Below the pieces are notes generated by a model that was not told the origin of the DNA, made no database searches, and saw only the letters and a program-made list of their open reading frames with translations. A program made the translations under genes and the position numbers. A stretch of DNA of 64,000 nt from an uncultured Bacteroidaceae bacterium. Its GTDB lineage: Bacteria > Bacteroidota > Bacteroidia > Bacteroidales > Bacteroidaceae. Positions within the stretch are counted from its first letter, which is position 1. Every line of letters begins with the position of its first letter. Positions 43,573 to 53,641 of the stretch are shown in pieces. Location: assembly GCA_934426255.1 (NCBI GenBank), contig CAKRYD010000004.1, positions 28,320 through 92,319 on the forward strand. Direction: 5' to 3'.

Positions 43573-44310
43573 TTATTTGGTTTTTGATAGGAATTTCCTG
43601 GTCACTTCTTTCAACGACAGCTTGCCTTCATAGATGGCTTTGCCGAAAACCACGGCCGGTACTTTGGCCGCATTGAGCTCTTCGATGTCGTTGATGTTGC
43701 TGATGCCGCCGCTGGCGATGAGCTTGCACCGCCTGAAGGCCTTCATGATGCTTCGGTAGAGCTCTACCGAAGAGCCTTCGAGCATTCCGTCGCGGCTGAT
43801 GTCGGTACACAGCACGTTTTTCACGCCTTTGTCGGTGATATATTCTTTCAGAAAGTCAAACAGCCCGATGGCGCTTTCTTCTTTCCAACCGTTGATGCTG
43901 ATATGGCCGTCTTTCACGTCGGCACCGAGTATCAGGCGTTTGGCTCCATAGCGTGCCAGCCATTCGTCAAACAGTGCGGGCTGCGTTACGGCCACACTGC
44001 CCACGGTGGCCCATTCGGCTCCGCTATCGAAGACGGCCTCTATGTCGGCGTTGCTTTTGATGCCACCACCGAAGTCTACCTTGAGTTTTGTCTGCGAAGT
44101 GATGTCTTGCAACACTTTCAGGTTGACCACATGTCGGGTGCGCGCTCCGTCGAGGTCTACCAGGTGAAGCCGTCTGAACCCCATGTTCTCAAAATGCCTG
44201 GCCATGGCAGTGGGGTCGTCGCTGTACACTTTGACGGAGTCGTAGTCGCCTTTGGTGAGCCTTACGCACTTGCCGTCTATCAGGTCAATGGCCGGTATGG
44301 GTTCTATCAT
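43573..44310 (-). CDS. hisA: 1-(5-phosphoribosyl)-5-[(5-phosphoribosylamino)methylideneamino]imidazole-4-carboxamide isomerase
   Basis: IIPAIDLIDGKCVRLTKGDY, LHLVDLDGA and IASGGIS. Confidence 0.9.
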   Translation of the reverse strand: MIEPIPAIDLIDGKCVRLTKGDYDSVKVYSDDPTAMARHFENMGFRRLHLVDLDGARTRHVVNLKVLQDITSQTKLKVDFGGGIKSNADIEAVFDSGAEWATVGSVAVTQPALFDEWLARYGAKRLILGADVKDGHISINGWKEESAIGLFDFLKEYITDKGVKNVLCTDISRDGMLEGSSVELYRSIMKAFRRCKLIASGGISNINDIEELNAAKVPAVVFGKAIYEGKLSLKEVTRKFLSKTK

Positions 44311-44317
44311 AGGGATA

Positions 44318-44911
44318 TCAGGTTGTTTTCAAGAAATTGTCCAGTATGGTCTCGCCGATGCTGCCGCTTTTTTCGGGATGAAACTGCGTGGCATAGAAGT
44401 TGTCTTTATGCAGCGAGGCACTGAAAGGCGTGATGTAGTCGTTGGCCGCCACGGTGTGGCTGCACAGGGGCACGTAGTAGCTGTGGATGAAATAGACGTA
44501 GGCTCCCTCATCGATACCCTTGTAGAGCGGTCCCTTGAGACGGGTCAGCGTGTCCCAACCCATGTGGGGAATCTTGAGATGGTGGTCGTCGGTGCAGAAT
44601 TTCCTGACCGGCACGTCGAATATGCCCAGGCAGTCGGTGTTGCCTTCTTCGCTGTGGCTGCACATGAGCTGCATGCCGATGCAGATGCCCAATACGGGCT
44701 GGCGCAGGTTGCGTATCACATTGTCGAGCCCCCGTTGCCGCAGGTATTCCATGGTTTTGGCCGCTTCGCCCTGTCCGGGAAACACCACATGGTCGGCCTC
44801 CCTGATGGCTTGGGCATCGTCGGTCACGAGGGGCTCTATGCCCAGACGCTTGAGTGCATGCACCACCGAGTAGATGTTGCCAGCGTTGTATTTGATAACG
44901 GCTACATTCAT
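44318..44911 (-). CDS. hisH: imidazole glycerol phosphate synthase glutamine amidotransferase subunit
   Basis: VAVIKYNAGN, the nucleophile Cys in LGICIGMQL, and the HSY/FHPEKS triad region. Confidence 0.9.
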   Translation of the reverse strand: MNVAVIKYNAGNIYSVVHALKRLGIEPLVTDDAQAIREADHVVFPGQGEAAKTMEYLRQRGLDNVIRNLRQPVLGICIGMQLMCSHSEEGNTDCLGIFDVPVRKFCTDDHHLKIPHMGWDTLTRLKGPLYKGIDEGAYVYFIHSYYVPLCSHTVAANDYITPFSASLHKDNFYATQFHPEKSGSIGETILDNFLKTT

Positions 44912-44927
44912 CGTGCTTTTCGGGTGT

Positions 44928-46412
44928 TTAGTAGGCCCGGGCTATGATAACCTTGTGGCGGGCAGGCTTGCCGCTCACCATGTCGGTGCCGGGGTTGCTT
45001 TGGTCTACGTTGAGCGGTATGCAGCGTATGGTGGCCTGTGTCTCTTCCTTGATGCGTGCCTCGGTTTCGGGCGTGCCGTCCCACGGACACAGGAAGAAGC
45101 CGCCGCCGGCGATTCTTTTCTTGAACTCTTCGTAGTCGTGGCATTCGTAGATGTGGGCATCGCGATAGGCCACGGCCTTGCGGAAGATGTTTTGCTGCAT
45201 ATCGTCAAGAAGGTTTTTCACGTAGTTCTCCAATCCGTCGAGACCTACGGTTTCCTTCTCCAGTGTGTCGCGGCGCATCACCTCGGCCGTGTTGTTTTCC
45301 AGGTCGCGTGCACCGATGACGATGCGCACGGGCACTCCCTTCAACTCATAGTCGGCAAACTTGAAGCCGGGGCGTCGCTTGTCGTCGTCGTCAAACTTGA
45401 CGCTGATGCCCATGCCTTTCAATGCGGCCGTCAGGGGTTCCACGCGGCGACGTATGGCTTCAAGGTCGTCGGCTGTCTTGTAGATGGGCACGATGACTGT
45501 TTGCAGCGGGGCGAGCCGCGGCGGGAGCACCAGGCCGTTGTCGTCGGAATGGGCCATGATGAGCGCGCCCATCAGGCGCGTGGATACGCCGAACGAGGTG
45601 GCCCAGGCATATTGCATCTTGTTGTCCTTATCGACAAACTGCACATCGAAAGCCTTTCCGAAGTTCTGGCCCAGGAAATGCGATGTGCCGCTCTGCAGGG
45701 CTTTGCCGTCCTGCATCATGGCTTCGATGGTATAGGTGTCGAGCGCACCGGCAAAACGCTCGGTCTCGCTCTTTACGCCCTGCACCACGGGCACGGCCAT
45801 GAAGCCTTCCACAAAGTCGGCATATACTTTCAACATCTGCTTGGCGCGGGCTTCGGCCTCCTCACGCGTGGCGTGGGCCGTATGGCCTTCCTGCCAAAGA
45901 AATTCGGAAGTGCGCAGAAACAGACGCGTGCGCATTTCCCAGCGCATCACGTTGCACCACTGGTTGCACAGTATGGGCAGGTCGCGGTAGCTGTGAATCC
46001 AGTTGCGGTAGGTGTTCCATATGATGGTTTCCGATGTGGGACGGATGATGTATTCTTCTTCAAGGCGCGCGGCGGGATCTACGACTAACTGCTTGGATTC
46101 TTCGTCGACTTTCAGCCGGTAGTGGGTCACCACGGCGCACTCTTTGGCGAATCCCTCGACGTGCTCGGCCTCTTTGCCGAAAAACGATTTCGGTATGAGC
46201 AGGGGGAAATAGGCGTTTTGCAGACCCGTCTCCTTAAACTTGTCGTCGAGTTCGCGCTGTATCTTTTCCCAAATGGAATATCCGTAAGGCTTGATGGTCA
46301 TGCAACCTCTCACGTCGGCCTGTTCGGCCAGATCGGCCTTTACCACCAGCTCGTTGTACCACTTGGAATAATTTTCGCTACGTTTTGTCAGATTTTTCAG
46401 CTCTTTTGCCAT
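44928..46412 (-). CDS. proS: proline--tRNA ligase (archaeal/eukaryote-like type)
   Basis: Start trimmed to [23 protein letters not shown] at 46412, supported by the -7 box at 46433. Class II motifs are present and the length is 494 aa. Confidence 0.95.
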   Translation of the reverse strand: MAKELKNLTKRSENYSKWYNELVVKADLAEQADVRGCMTIKPYGYSIWEKIQRELDDKFKETGLQNAYFPLLIPKSFFGKEAEHVEGFAKECAVVTHYRLKVDEESKQLVVDPAARLEEEYIIRPTSETIIWNTYRNWIHSYRDLPILCNQWCNVMRWEMRTRLFLRTSEFLWQEGHTAHATREEAEARAKQMLKVYADFVEGFMAVPVVQGVKSETERFAGALDTYTIEAMMQDGKALQSGTSHFLGQNFGKAFDVQFVDKDNKMQYAWATSFGVSTRLMGALIMAHSDDNGLVLPPRLAPLQTVIVPIYKTADDLEAIRRRVEPLTAALKGMGISVKFDDDDKRRPGFKFADYELKGVPVRIVIGARDLENNTAEVMRRDTLEKETVGLDGLENYVKNLLDDMQQNIFRKAVAYRDAHIYECHDYEEFKKRIAGGGFFLCPWDGTPETEARIKEETQATIRCIPLNVDQSNPGTDMVSGKPARHKVIIARAY

Positions 46413-46432
46413 ATATTTTGTTGATTTTGTTG

Positions 46433-46440
46433 CAAAGTTA
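46433..46440 (-). promoter_or_regulatory. -7 box (TAACTTTG on minus strand) upstream of proS
   Basis: Plus strand reads caaagtta, 21 nt upstream of the ATG at 46412. Confidence 0.5.
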
Positions 46441-46540
46441 CTGCAAACGCGGTGAAAGGCAAAACGAAAAGCAAGGTTTTTGGACTTTTCGGAGTTTGCA
46501 GGGCTTTTGCAGTGGTGCAAAAGGCTGGGCTGCGAATAAA

Positions 46541-46579
46541 AACGGAAGCCCTCGGTTTTTCGTGCCGTGGGCTTCCGTT
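46541..46579 (-). terminator. Rho-independent terminator of the LRR surface-protein gene
   Basis: 11-bp perfect stem aacggaagccc / gggcttccgtt with a 17-nt loop. ttttt follows on the minus strand. It lies 29 nt past the stop at 46608. Confidence 0.65.
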
Positions 46580-46607
46580 GAATTACGGTGTATGAGGCGG
46601 CTGCCTT

Positions 46608-48689
46608 TCAGAATTTCACTTTGCGGCTTTGCCCGTCCTGCCGCTGAATGTAGATGCCTTTCGAGGGGCGGTCGACGGCGTTGCCCTTGAGGTCGTACCA
46701 ACGGGTTTCCCGGTGTGTGCCTGCGGTGGTTGTCGGGCTGTCAACGCCTGTATAGACGCCTTCGGTGATGTTGAAGTTTTTCCAGAAAAGGGTGGAGGCA
46801 TAGGCCTCGCGGCTGCCTTGGGGCACATAGAGGGTGGCTTCGTAGCTGCCCCATGTTTCGGCGTCGATGGCCGGAGGCACAGCGGTGCGCAGGGTGATGT
46901 GCCTGATGGCGGGCGAAGCCGTGAATGTGAGGTTGGCGATGGAGGTGAGCGACGACGGAAGATCTACGCTTTCGAGTCTGGGACAATTGAAATCGCAGTT
47001 GTCCAGGCGACTGGTGTTTTCACCGACGACGAGGTGGCGGAAATTGCCGGAGAAATACATGGCGTTTACGTCCGACATACCGTTGATATAGAGCGTGTCG
47101 AGCTGCTCGCAGCCGTCGAAGAGCTTGAAACCGAACATGCTGAATTCCGTCAGTTCGATGCGCACGTTGCGCAGGGAGCTGCATTGGGCGAATGCGCCGC
47201 TCAGTATGGTTTCGATGTTCGAGGTAATGTTGGCTTCGGTGAGCGAGTTGCATCGGGCGAAAGCCTCTTCGCCGATATGGTCGATGTTTTCCCAGTCAAT
47301 ATCCTTGAGACCGGTGCATCCGTCAAACACATTAGCACCTATGTAGATGTATTCACTGTCCGGGAAACGTATGCCGACAAGGTTGGTCTGGCCGGCAAAG
47401 GCGTAGTCGGTGATGCGTCGGGTGCCTTCTTTGAGCTCGAACACGGTATTGGGCTGCATTTCGCCCTTGTAGACGAACAGTTGGTCGGCTACGTAGACGG
47501 GACCGTCGGGCAGGTTTTTCTCCCAGGCCGTGCCCTTGAAGGAATTGTACCTGACCGATATCAATTCTTCGGGGAATATGATGTTTTTCAGGGCGGTGCA
47601 ATTTTCAAAGGCCTGCTCACGTATAACGATGTTGTTGGGTATTCTGACGCTGACGAGGCTGCTGCAGTCCTTGAAGGCGTATTTGCCTATTTCGATCAAG
47701 CCATCGGTAAATTCCAAGTTGGTGAGCGATGTGCAGCCTTCGAAGGCCGACTCGGTGATGCTCCAGATATTTTGGGTGATGATGACGCTTTCGAGACTTT
47801 TGAGGCCCTTGAACCACACCGGTACATCGCAAAGGTCGAGGTAGAGCCTGCGGATGGCAGAGCAGCCTTTAAAGAGATTGACATCTTCCCACTGGGGCTG
47901 GAAAATGTCGTTGAAAATGAGACTGACATCGGTGAGCGACGTGCACTGGTCGAAGGCATCGGCCGGCGCAGTGAAGTCTTCATTGTCAATGACGAGTGTC
48001 TTGAGCGAGGTGGAGCCTTTGAACCAGTTGCCGATGGCCGGTGCATAGATGGTGAGGCTTTCGGGACGGGTGCCGGTAAAGGCATCGTCGCCCACTTCGG
48101 TGAGCGAAGAGGGCAACGTGAGGGCCGTGAGCCGGTTGCAATCCATGAGGGCGCGGGCGGCTATGCTTGTTGTCCCTTCGGCGATGGTCAGCGCGCCCAG
48201 GCGGGCCGCCGGACAGAAAACGAGCTCGGTGGTGTCATTATTATATAGCACCCCATCGATGGTGGCATAGGCGGAATTGCCTGCGGCCACGGTAAGCGAA
48301 TGCAGCGAGGTGCAGCCTTTGAACAGGTCGGCATGGAGCTGCGTGATGCCGTTGGGCAGGGTGAGCGAGGTGAGAGCCGTGTTGCCGGCAAAGGCGGCAT
48401 CATCGATTGCCGTGACGGGCAGGCTGTGGCCGTCGTGCGTGACTTGGGCGGGGAGCGTGGCTTCACCTTTGAGCTCTTGAGCCGACTTGACGGCCAGTGC
48501 AGACTGCGCTTCGTCGAGATAGCGGTAGGTGATGCCTTCGAGGGTGAATGAGGTTTCGCCGGAAGTGCTTGTCATGGCTGTCGGAAACTCTTGGAGGGCC
48601 GGTTGCTGGCTTGCAGAACCTACGGCCGGCAGGGCGGTGCAGCACATGGCGGCAATGCCCAAAGTGAGGAGTCGTGGCAGTGTTGGCAT
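46608..48689 (-). CDS. BspA-type leucine-rich-repeat surface protein with T9SS-like C-terminal sorting domain
   Basis: Signal peptide, then more than 15 degenerate ~23-aa repeats (..I.IP.SVT.IG..AF.GC.SL..). The C-terminal TRWYDLKGNAVDRPSKGIYIQRQDGQSRKVKF resembles a T9SS CTD. Confidence 0.75.
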   Translation of the reverse strand: MPTLPRLLTLGIAAMCCTALPAVGSASQQPALQEFPTAMTSTSGETSFTLEGITYRYLDEAQSALAVKSAQELKGEATLPAQVTHDGHSLPVTAIDDAAFAGNTALTSLTLPNGITQLHADLFKGCTSLHSLTVAAGNSAYATIDGVLYNNDTTELVFCPAARLGALTIAEGTTSIAARALMDCNRLTALTLPSSLTEVGDDAFTGTRPESLTIYAPAIGNWFKGSTSLKTLVIDNEDFTAPADAFDQCTSLTDVSLIFNDIFQPQWEDVNLFKGCSAIRRLYLDLCDVPVWFKGLKSLESVIITQNIWSITESAFEGCTSLTNLEFTDGLIEIGKYAFKDCSSLVSVRIPNNIVIREQAFENCTALKNIIFPEELISVRYNSFKGTAWEKNLPDGPVYVADQLFVYKGEMQPNTVFELKEGTRRITDYAFAGQTNLVGIRFPDSEYIYIGANVFDGCTGLKDIDWENIDHIGEEAFARCNSLTEANITSNIETILSGAFAQCSSLRNVRIELTEFSMFGFKLFDGCEQLDTLYINGMSDVNAMYFSGNFRHLVVGENTSRLDNCDFNCPRLESVDLPSSLTSIANLTFTASPAIRHITLRTAVPPAIDAETWGSYEATLYVPQGSREAYASTLFWKNFNITEGVYTGVDSPTTTAGTHRETRWYDLKGNAVDRPSKGIYIQRQDGQSRKVKF

Positions 48690-48734
48690 AATGGTTTTCG
48701 TTGTTAAAGGTTGATATTGCTTTTAAATGTTTTG

Positions 48735-48742
48735 CAAATGTA
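48735..48742 (-). promoter_or_regulatory. -7 box (TACATTTG on minus strand) upstream of the LRR gene
   Basis: Plus strand reads caaatgta, 46 nt upstream of the ATG at 48689. Confidence 0.45.
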
Positions 48743-48871
48743 CGCAAAACAACGTGACTTTCAAAGCTAAAATGCCATAAATGCGTTTTTTAGACGGCTC
48801 AAAGAAAGGGCGGAAGAGCATGCTTTAAGTTAAAATCCTAAAAAGGCGGCACCGGTATGGTGCGAAAACCG

Positions 48872-48879
48872 TAATTTTG
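48872..48879 (+). promoter_or_regulatory. -7 box TAATTTTG upstream of the OmpA-family gene
   Basis: Exact match 27 nt upstream of the ATG at 48906. Confidence 0.5.
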
Positions 48880-48905
48880 CACCCGTAACAAATTACATCA
48901 GAATT

Positions 48906-49601
48906 ATGAAAGCAAGAATTTTAAGCATCGGCGCATTGTGCGCATTGTTGGTATTCAGCGGTTGCAGCAACATGAGCAATACTGCGAAGGGCGGACTGAT
49001 AGGTGCCGGAAGCGGTGCCCTGCTCGGCGGCATCATCGGCAAAGTGGCCGGTAACACGGCAGTAGGTGCAGCCATCGGTACGGCCGTAGGCACGGGAGCC
49101 GGTGTACTGATAGGCAAGAAGATGGACAACGCCAAGAAGGCCGTGGCACAGCAAGTGCCGCAGGCACAGGTGGAAGAGGTGCAGGACAAGAACGGATTGA
49201 AGTCGGTAAAAGTAACCTTCGATTCGGGCATATTGTTTGCCACCAACAAGGCCGACCTAAGCGCATCGGCCAAGACTTCGCTGGCCAAGTTTGCCGGTGT
49301 ATTGAAAAACAATGCCGATATGGACATCAACATTTACGGCCATACCGACAACACGGGAAGTGATGCCATCAACGACCCCCTGTCGCTGCGTCGTGCCCAG
49401 TCGGTGCAGGGCTACCTTTCGACATGCGGTGTTAACGCAAGCCAGATGAAATCGGTGCTTGGCAAAGGTTCGAAAGAGCCTGTGGCATCGAACGATACCA
49501 AAGAAGGCCGCGCACAGAACCGTCGCGTTGAAGTATATCTCTATGCCAGCGAGGCCATGATAGAGGCCGCACAGAAAGAAGCAGGCGAAACATCCAATTA
49601 A
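48906..49601 (+). CDS. OmpA-family lipoprotein with N-terminal glycine-zipper
   Basis: The lipobox is LVFSGCS. The Gly-zipper is GGLIGAGSGALLGGIIG. The OmpA C-terminal motifs are GHTDNTGS...N..LS..RA and NRRVEV. Confidence 0.85.
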   Translation: MKARILSIGALCALLVFSGCSNMSNTAKGGLIGAGSGALLGGIIGKVAGNTAVGAAIGTAVGTGAGVLIGKKMDNAKKAVAQQVPQAQVEEVQDKNGLKSVKVTFDSGILFATNKADLSASAKTSLAKFAGVLKNNADMDINIYGHTDNTGSDAINDPLSLRRAQSVQGYLSTCGVNASQMKSVLGKGSKEPVASNDTKEGRAQNRRVEVYLYASEAMIEAAQKEAGETSN

Positions 49602-49622
49602 TAAAGATGCACAATTGACAAC

Positions 49623-49668
49623 GGCAGGGCTTGAAACCAAAACCGCCAAGGAGGTTTCAAGCCCTGCC
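49623..49668 (+). terminator. strong hairpin (16-bp perfect stem) downstream of the OmpA-family gene
   Basis: ggcagggcttgaaacc / ggtttcaagccctgcc with a 14-nt loop. No long T-run follows (only gtttatt a few nt downstream). Confidence 0.55.
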
Positions 49669-49711
49669 AACGTTTATTGCAAACTACCTCGGCTACAAAA
49701 CACCACAAACA

Positions 49712-50407
49712 ATGATAGTTTTATTCATCATACGACACATTCTGAAATGGCTGATAAGCCTGTTTTTCGTCTCGACGCTGCTCTTTGTGCTGCTCTACAA
49801 GTGGATTCCCGTAGCTGTGACGCCATTGATGGTGATACGCTGCGTTGAACAGGTGGGACGCGGCGAAACTATCAGGCTGAAGCACCATTGGGTGTCGCGC
49901 GACAAGATATCGCGCTATCTGCCCGTTGCCGTGATGGCCTCGGAGGACCAGCGTTTTCTCAATCACCACGGATTTGACTTCAAGGAGATAGGCAACGCCG
50001 TGGAAGACCGTTTGAGCGGCCGTCGCAAGCGCGGAGGTAGCACCATCAGCCAGCAAACGGCCAAGAATGTCTTTCTGTGGCCCGAATCGTCGTGGGTGCG
50101 CAAGGGTTTCGAGGCTTATTTCACCGTCTTGATAGAATTGCTGTGGAGCAAGCAGCGCATCATGGAGGTATATCTGAACTCCATTGAAATGGGCGACGGC
50201 ATCTATGGCGCCGAAGCAGTGGCGCAGCAGCATTTCAACTGCACGGCCAAGGAACTGACGCGCGCGCAGTGTGCCCTGATTGCCGCCACATTGCCCAACC
50301 CGCTGCGCTTCGACTCGTCGCGGCCGTCGCGCTACATGATGAAGCGGCAGTATGCCATCATGAAACAGATGAAGTACATCGGCTTCATGAAGGACGATAA
50401 GAAATGA
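49712..50407 (+). CDS. mtgA: monofunctional biosynthetic peptidoglycan transglycosylase
   Basis: [15 protein letters not shown] and [13 protein letters not shown] are GT51 motifs. The start MIVLFIIRH at 49712 lies downstream of the hairpin. The ORF-track extension from 49631 runs through the hairpin. Confidence 0.85.
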   Translation: MIVLFIIRHILKWLISLFFVSTLLFVLLYKWIPVAVTPLMVIRCVEQVGRGETIRLKHHWVSRDKISRYLPVAVMASEDQRFLNHHGFDFKEIGNAVEDRLSGRRKRGGSTISQQTAKNVFLWPESSWVRKGFEAYFTVLIELLWSKQRIMEVYLNSIEMGDGIYGAEAVAQQHFNCTAKELTRAQCALIAATLPNPLRFDSSRPSRYMMKRQYAIMKQMKYIGFMKDDKK

Positions 50408-50412
50408 CCCTT

Positions 50413-51282
50413 TTATTTTTCGCGGAAACGCGCACGGTAATTGCGCGGTGACAGTCCGGTTTTCGACTTGACGAATTTGCCGAAAAAGGCCTGGTTGGGA
50501 AATCCCATTTCGTTGGATATGTCTTTGATGCTTTTGTCGGTATATCGCAACTGCTGCACGATGACATTGATGCTGTGCTGGTGAATCCATTCAAGCGGCG
50601 TTTTGTCGCTGCATTGCCTGACCACGGTAGACAGGTATTTGGGGGTGATATAGAGTTGGCGGGCTATTTCGGTAACAGAGCGCATCCTGCCATTTCCTTT
50701 GCCCAAGAGCTCAATGAAACGGCGGAATAGCTGATCTTTACGGTTAACGTTAGCCTCATCGTCGTAGCGGTTGGTGACGCGCGATATGATGTCGAAAAAC
50801 ACGTAGATGATGGATTGCAGCAGCGCGTGCATCATGCGTTTCTGAAAGGGATTGCCGGTTTGGCGTATCTTGAGCTTGGTGATTTCGGCAAAATGGTAGA
50901 GCGTCTCCAGCTCGTCCTCGGTGAGGCTGATGACGGGGGCTTTGGTGGCATCGAAGATGGTGTCCCAGATGCGCTCGTTGGCATAAAACGAGTTTTCCAT
51001 GGCCTGTACGGAAAACCCGAAGATGAGGCATTTCATGTCGGGCGAATGCTGCAACGGCTCGATAGCCATTCCGGGGTAGCAGATGGCCACCTTGTCGTGA
51101 CTTATTTCGTAGGTCTGGTTGTTGAGCCGCATGCTGAGCGTGCCGCTGTAGCAGGTGATTACCACCACCTTGTTGAGACTGAAGGATTCGGGGATGTCGC
51201 TCGGAATTGACCTGAGGTCGTTCACAACAAACAGGTCGCCATCGTCGTAGTTGAGCCATTGCCGGCCGACGGTGTCGATCAT
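50413..51282 (-). CDS. AraC-family transcriptional regulator
   Basis: The C-terminal double HTH is VTEIARQLYITPKYLSTVVRQ...IKDISNEMGFPNQAFFGKFVKSKTGLSPRNYR. The ATG at 51282 is preferred, with TTG at 51315 possible. Confidence 0.8.
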   Translation of the reverse strand: MIDTVGRQWLNYDDGDLFVVNDLRSIPSDIPESFSLNKVVVITCYSGTLSMRLNNQTYEISHDKVAICYPGMAIEPLQHSPDMKCLIFGFSVQAMENSFYANERIWDTIFDATKAPVISLTEDELETLYHFAEITKLKIRQTGNPFQKRMMHALLQSIIYVFFDIISRVTNRYDDEANVNRKDQLFRRFIELLGKGNGRMRSVTEIARQLYITPKYLSTVVRQCSDKTPLEWIHQHSINVIVQQLRYTDKSIKDISNEMGFPNQAFFGKFVKSKTGLSPRNYRARFREK

Positions 51283-51325
51283 TTCCTGTTTGTCGGGCGT
51301 TGTGTCGGATTCCAAAGCGGGCGGT

Positions 51326-52783
51326 TTATTGGTTGAAGCGGCTGTAGACGACAGACATCTTGACAGGGTTGGCCGAGCCGCCCTTGAGACGTGCCCCGCT
51401 CAGCGAGAAGTCGTTGCTGACGCTCAGCACGCTTCCCATGGTGCTTGTTTCCGTGGTGACGGGTACGAGCATCACTTTGTTCCAGTCGGGGTTGGCGGCC
51501 ATCCAGGCATCGAGTTTTGCCTTGCGTGCCTGCGGACTGTCGTTTTCGGTGACGCCGGCTTTAGTGTCGCGCTGTCTTTTAAGGTAGGATATAAGGTTGG
51601 CGATGTTGTTGAACGAGTATGAGTTGTAAACGTTGTCGTAGCTGGCCAGGAAAGTCTTGTAGTTATCGGGCACGCGGTTGTTGTCAAAAAAGTCGTTGAG
51701 CTCGCCTTTGGGCACCATGAGCACGGATGAGGGTGTCGACAGCTTGTATTGCGTGACGATGTTGCTGTTGTAGCGGCGGAAGACGATTTTCGCACTGTTT
51801 ACAGAGTCTGTTTCGTGGTTTTCATAGATGTTGTCGATGGGCAGTGACACTTCGGTAAAGATGGCGGCCGGTGTTTTCAGATAGGTATAGTCGGTCTGCG
51901 CTATCAGTTTGTCGATGTTTTCGTTTTCTATGCGGTTGCTTTGTATCACTTCCTGGGTGGCGGCTACGCGCTGCACGCCCACGTAGGTGGTGTCGCCGTC
52001 GTTATATCTGAAATATACGCTGAGGGTTGCAATGTCGATGTCGACAAGTGTGCCGTTGCCCGATATGGTCTTGAAATAGAAGCCGGGCAGCACGTTGCGT
52101 ATGAAATTGTAGGAATTTTTGAAGTTGTCGGGATTTTCGTAATACTTGCGCAGTATTTTTGTGCCGAAAGCAACGGGAAGCTTAACCAGTATATTTTTGG
52201 AGTAGTCCGAAGAATAGCGTATGCTGTCGGGCAGCGAGAGGTCGGCCACTGCGAAGCTCATTTCCTTTTTGACGGCATCGGGCTTGCGGCTGACGTATTG
52301 CTGTGCGTCGATGTTGGTGTAGTAGGTGGTTTCCTCGTCGAGAATTTTGTCGGCATCGAGCTCGTAGACGCCTATCTTGAGGGAGTTGAGCGAATCGCCA
52401 TAATAGGATTTGACATAGAGGCGCAGCTCTACCGAGTCGGCCACGGGCTGTCCGTTTTCTTTGTGCATGTTGTCGAGTTTGGGCAGGCTGTAGTCTTCGA
52501 GCGAATAGAATTGTGCCAGAAAACTGCACGTTGTTGTCGATCCTGTTTCGGGGTCGGTGACACGCCCGAGGTAGCAGTCGCTCGATTTGGCCACGAGTGA
52601 ATCTATTTTGACCGACCGCGTGCCGGTGTCGAAGACGGCTTGCGTTACTGAGGTGACGTCGCTGCCGGGCATTACGATGCTGCCGAAAGTGTCGGTATTG
52701 TCGTCGCACGAAGTGAATGCGCACACAGCGGCGAAAAGGAGCAGTAAAGATTTAACGGTGTTCTTGCAGATGGATTTCATCAT
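51326..52783 (-). CDS. DUF4270-like lipoprotein
   Basis: The lipobox is AFTSCDD. The segment YLGRVTDPETGSTTTCSFLAQF and the position next to the short glycogen-synthase-like gene and panC are both typical of DUF4270 in Bacteroidota. Confidence 0.6.
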   Translation of the reverse strand: MMKSICKNTVKSLLLLFAAVCAFTSCDDNTDTFGSIVMPGSDVTSVTQAVFDTGTRSVKIDSLVAKSSDCYLGRVTDPETGSTTTCSFLAQFYSLEDYSLPKLDNMHKENGQPVADSVELRLYVKSYYGDSLNSLKIGVYELDADKILDEETTYYTNIDAQQYVSRKPDAVKKEMSFAVADLSLPDSIRYSSDYSKNILVKLPVAFGTKILRKYYENPDNFKNSYNFIRNVLPGFYFKTISGNGTLVDIDIATLSVYFRYNDGDTTYVGVQRVAATQEVIQSNRIENENIDKLIAQTDYTYLKTPAAIFTEVSLPIDNIYENHETDSVNSAKIVFRRYNSNIVTQYKLSTPSSVLMVPKGELNDFFDNNRVPDNYKTFLASYDNVYNSYSFNNIANLISYLKRQRDTKAGVTENDSPQARKAKLDAWMAANPDWNKVMLVPVTTETSTMGSVLSVSNDFSLSGARLKGGSANPVKMSVVYSRFNQ

Positions 52784-52799
52784 GAAGATCGTTGTGGGG

Positions 52800-53615
52800 T
52801 TATTGTTTTAATAGGGTATCGTAGAAGTCCAAGTAGCGCGCGGCATCGATTTCGTCGCCAGCATAAGGCAAGATAGGGATATTTTTTGAGGCTGCGAAAT
52901 CGAGCAGTTCGGGATTGGCGTTTTCGGTTGAGGCTATCACTCCGTCGCAGAAGTTGATGGCGAATTTTTCAAAGTCGGCCGGTGTTTCGAGCTTGAGTCC
53001 GAAGTCGGCTATCATCTGTGGCGTCATGTTGCGGAAGGCCAGACATTCTTTGATGTTGGCGGGCATGGCGACTGTCAGCGGATTGTCGTAGAGCGAATAG
53101 ACCACTTTGGTGTTGGCGAAAGGCTGCTCTTCTTTATAGATGGCTTTAATAAAAAAAGGCGTGGCCGCCGAAATCCATCCCTGACAGTGAATCACATCGG
53201 GATACCAGCGAAGTTTTTTGATGGTCTCGAGCACGCTGCGGGCATAGAAGATGGAACGTTCATAGTTGTCGGTGTATTCGTTGCCGTTCTTGTCGCCAAC
53301 CATCAGACGTTTCTGGAAAAAGTCTTCATTGTCGATGAAATAGACTTGCATTCGCGCCGATTGCAATGATGCAACCTTGATAATGAGCGGATGGTCGGTG
53401 TCATCTATGATGATGTTCATGCCTGATAATCGTATTACTTCGTGCAGCTGGTTGCGTCTCTCGTTGATGTTGCCCCATTTGGGCAGGAAAGTGCGGATTT
53501 CGCAACCCGAATCCTGAATGGCCTGTGGTATTTTCTTGCCGTTCGACGACATGGGTGTCAGCGGCACATAAGGTGTTATCTCTTGGTTGATGAACAATAT
53601 TTTCTTCGCTGTCAT
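52800..53615 (-). CDS. glycogen/starch synthase-like protein (short Bacteroidota form, N-terminal GT5 domain only)
   Basis: MTAKKILFINQEITPYVP...IRTFLPKWGNINERRNQLHEVIRLSG. Start at ATG 53615. Confidence 0.75.
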   Translation of the reverse strand: MTAKKILFINQEITPYVPLTPMSSNGKKIPQAIQDSGCEIRTFLPKWGNINERRNQLHEVIRLSGMNIIIDDTDHPLIIKVASLQSARMQVYFIDNEDFFQKRLMVGDKNGNEYTDNYERSIFYARSVLETIKKLRWYPDVIHCQGWISAATPFFIKAIYKEEQPFANTKVVYSLYDNPLTVAMPANIKECLAFRNMTPQMIADFGLKLETPADFEKFAINFCDGVIASTENANPELLDFAASKNIPILPYAGDEIDAARYLDFYDTLLKQ

Positions 53616-53633
53616 GATTTGTTCTTTGTAATG

Positions 53634-53641
53634 CAAAGGTA
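53634..53641 (-). promoter_or_regulatory. -7 box (TACCTTTG on minus strand) upstream of the glycogen-synthase-like gene
   Basis: Plus strand reads caaaggta, 19 nt upstream of the ATG at 53615. Confidence 0.5.

Noticed and set aside
44874-48248. Long plus-strand ORFs 44874..46088 (404 aa) and 46629..48248 (539 aa)
   Set aside because: They are shadow ORFs opposite proS and the LRR surface-protein gene. The minus-strand genes have signal, motif, promoter and terminator support, and the plus-strand ORFs have none.
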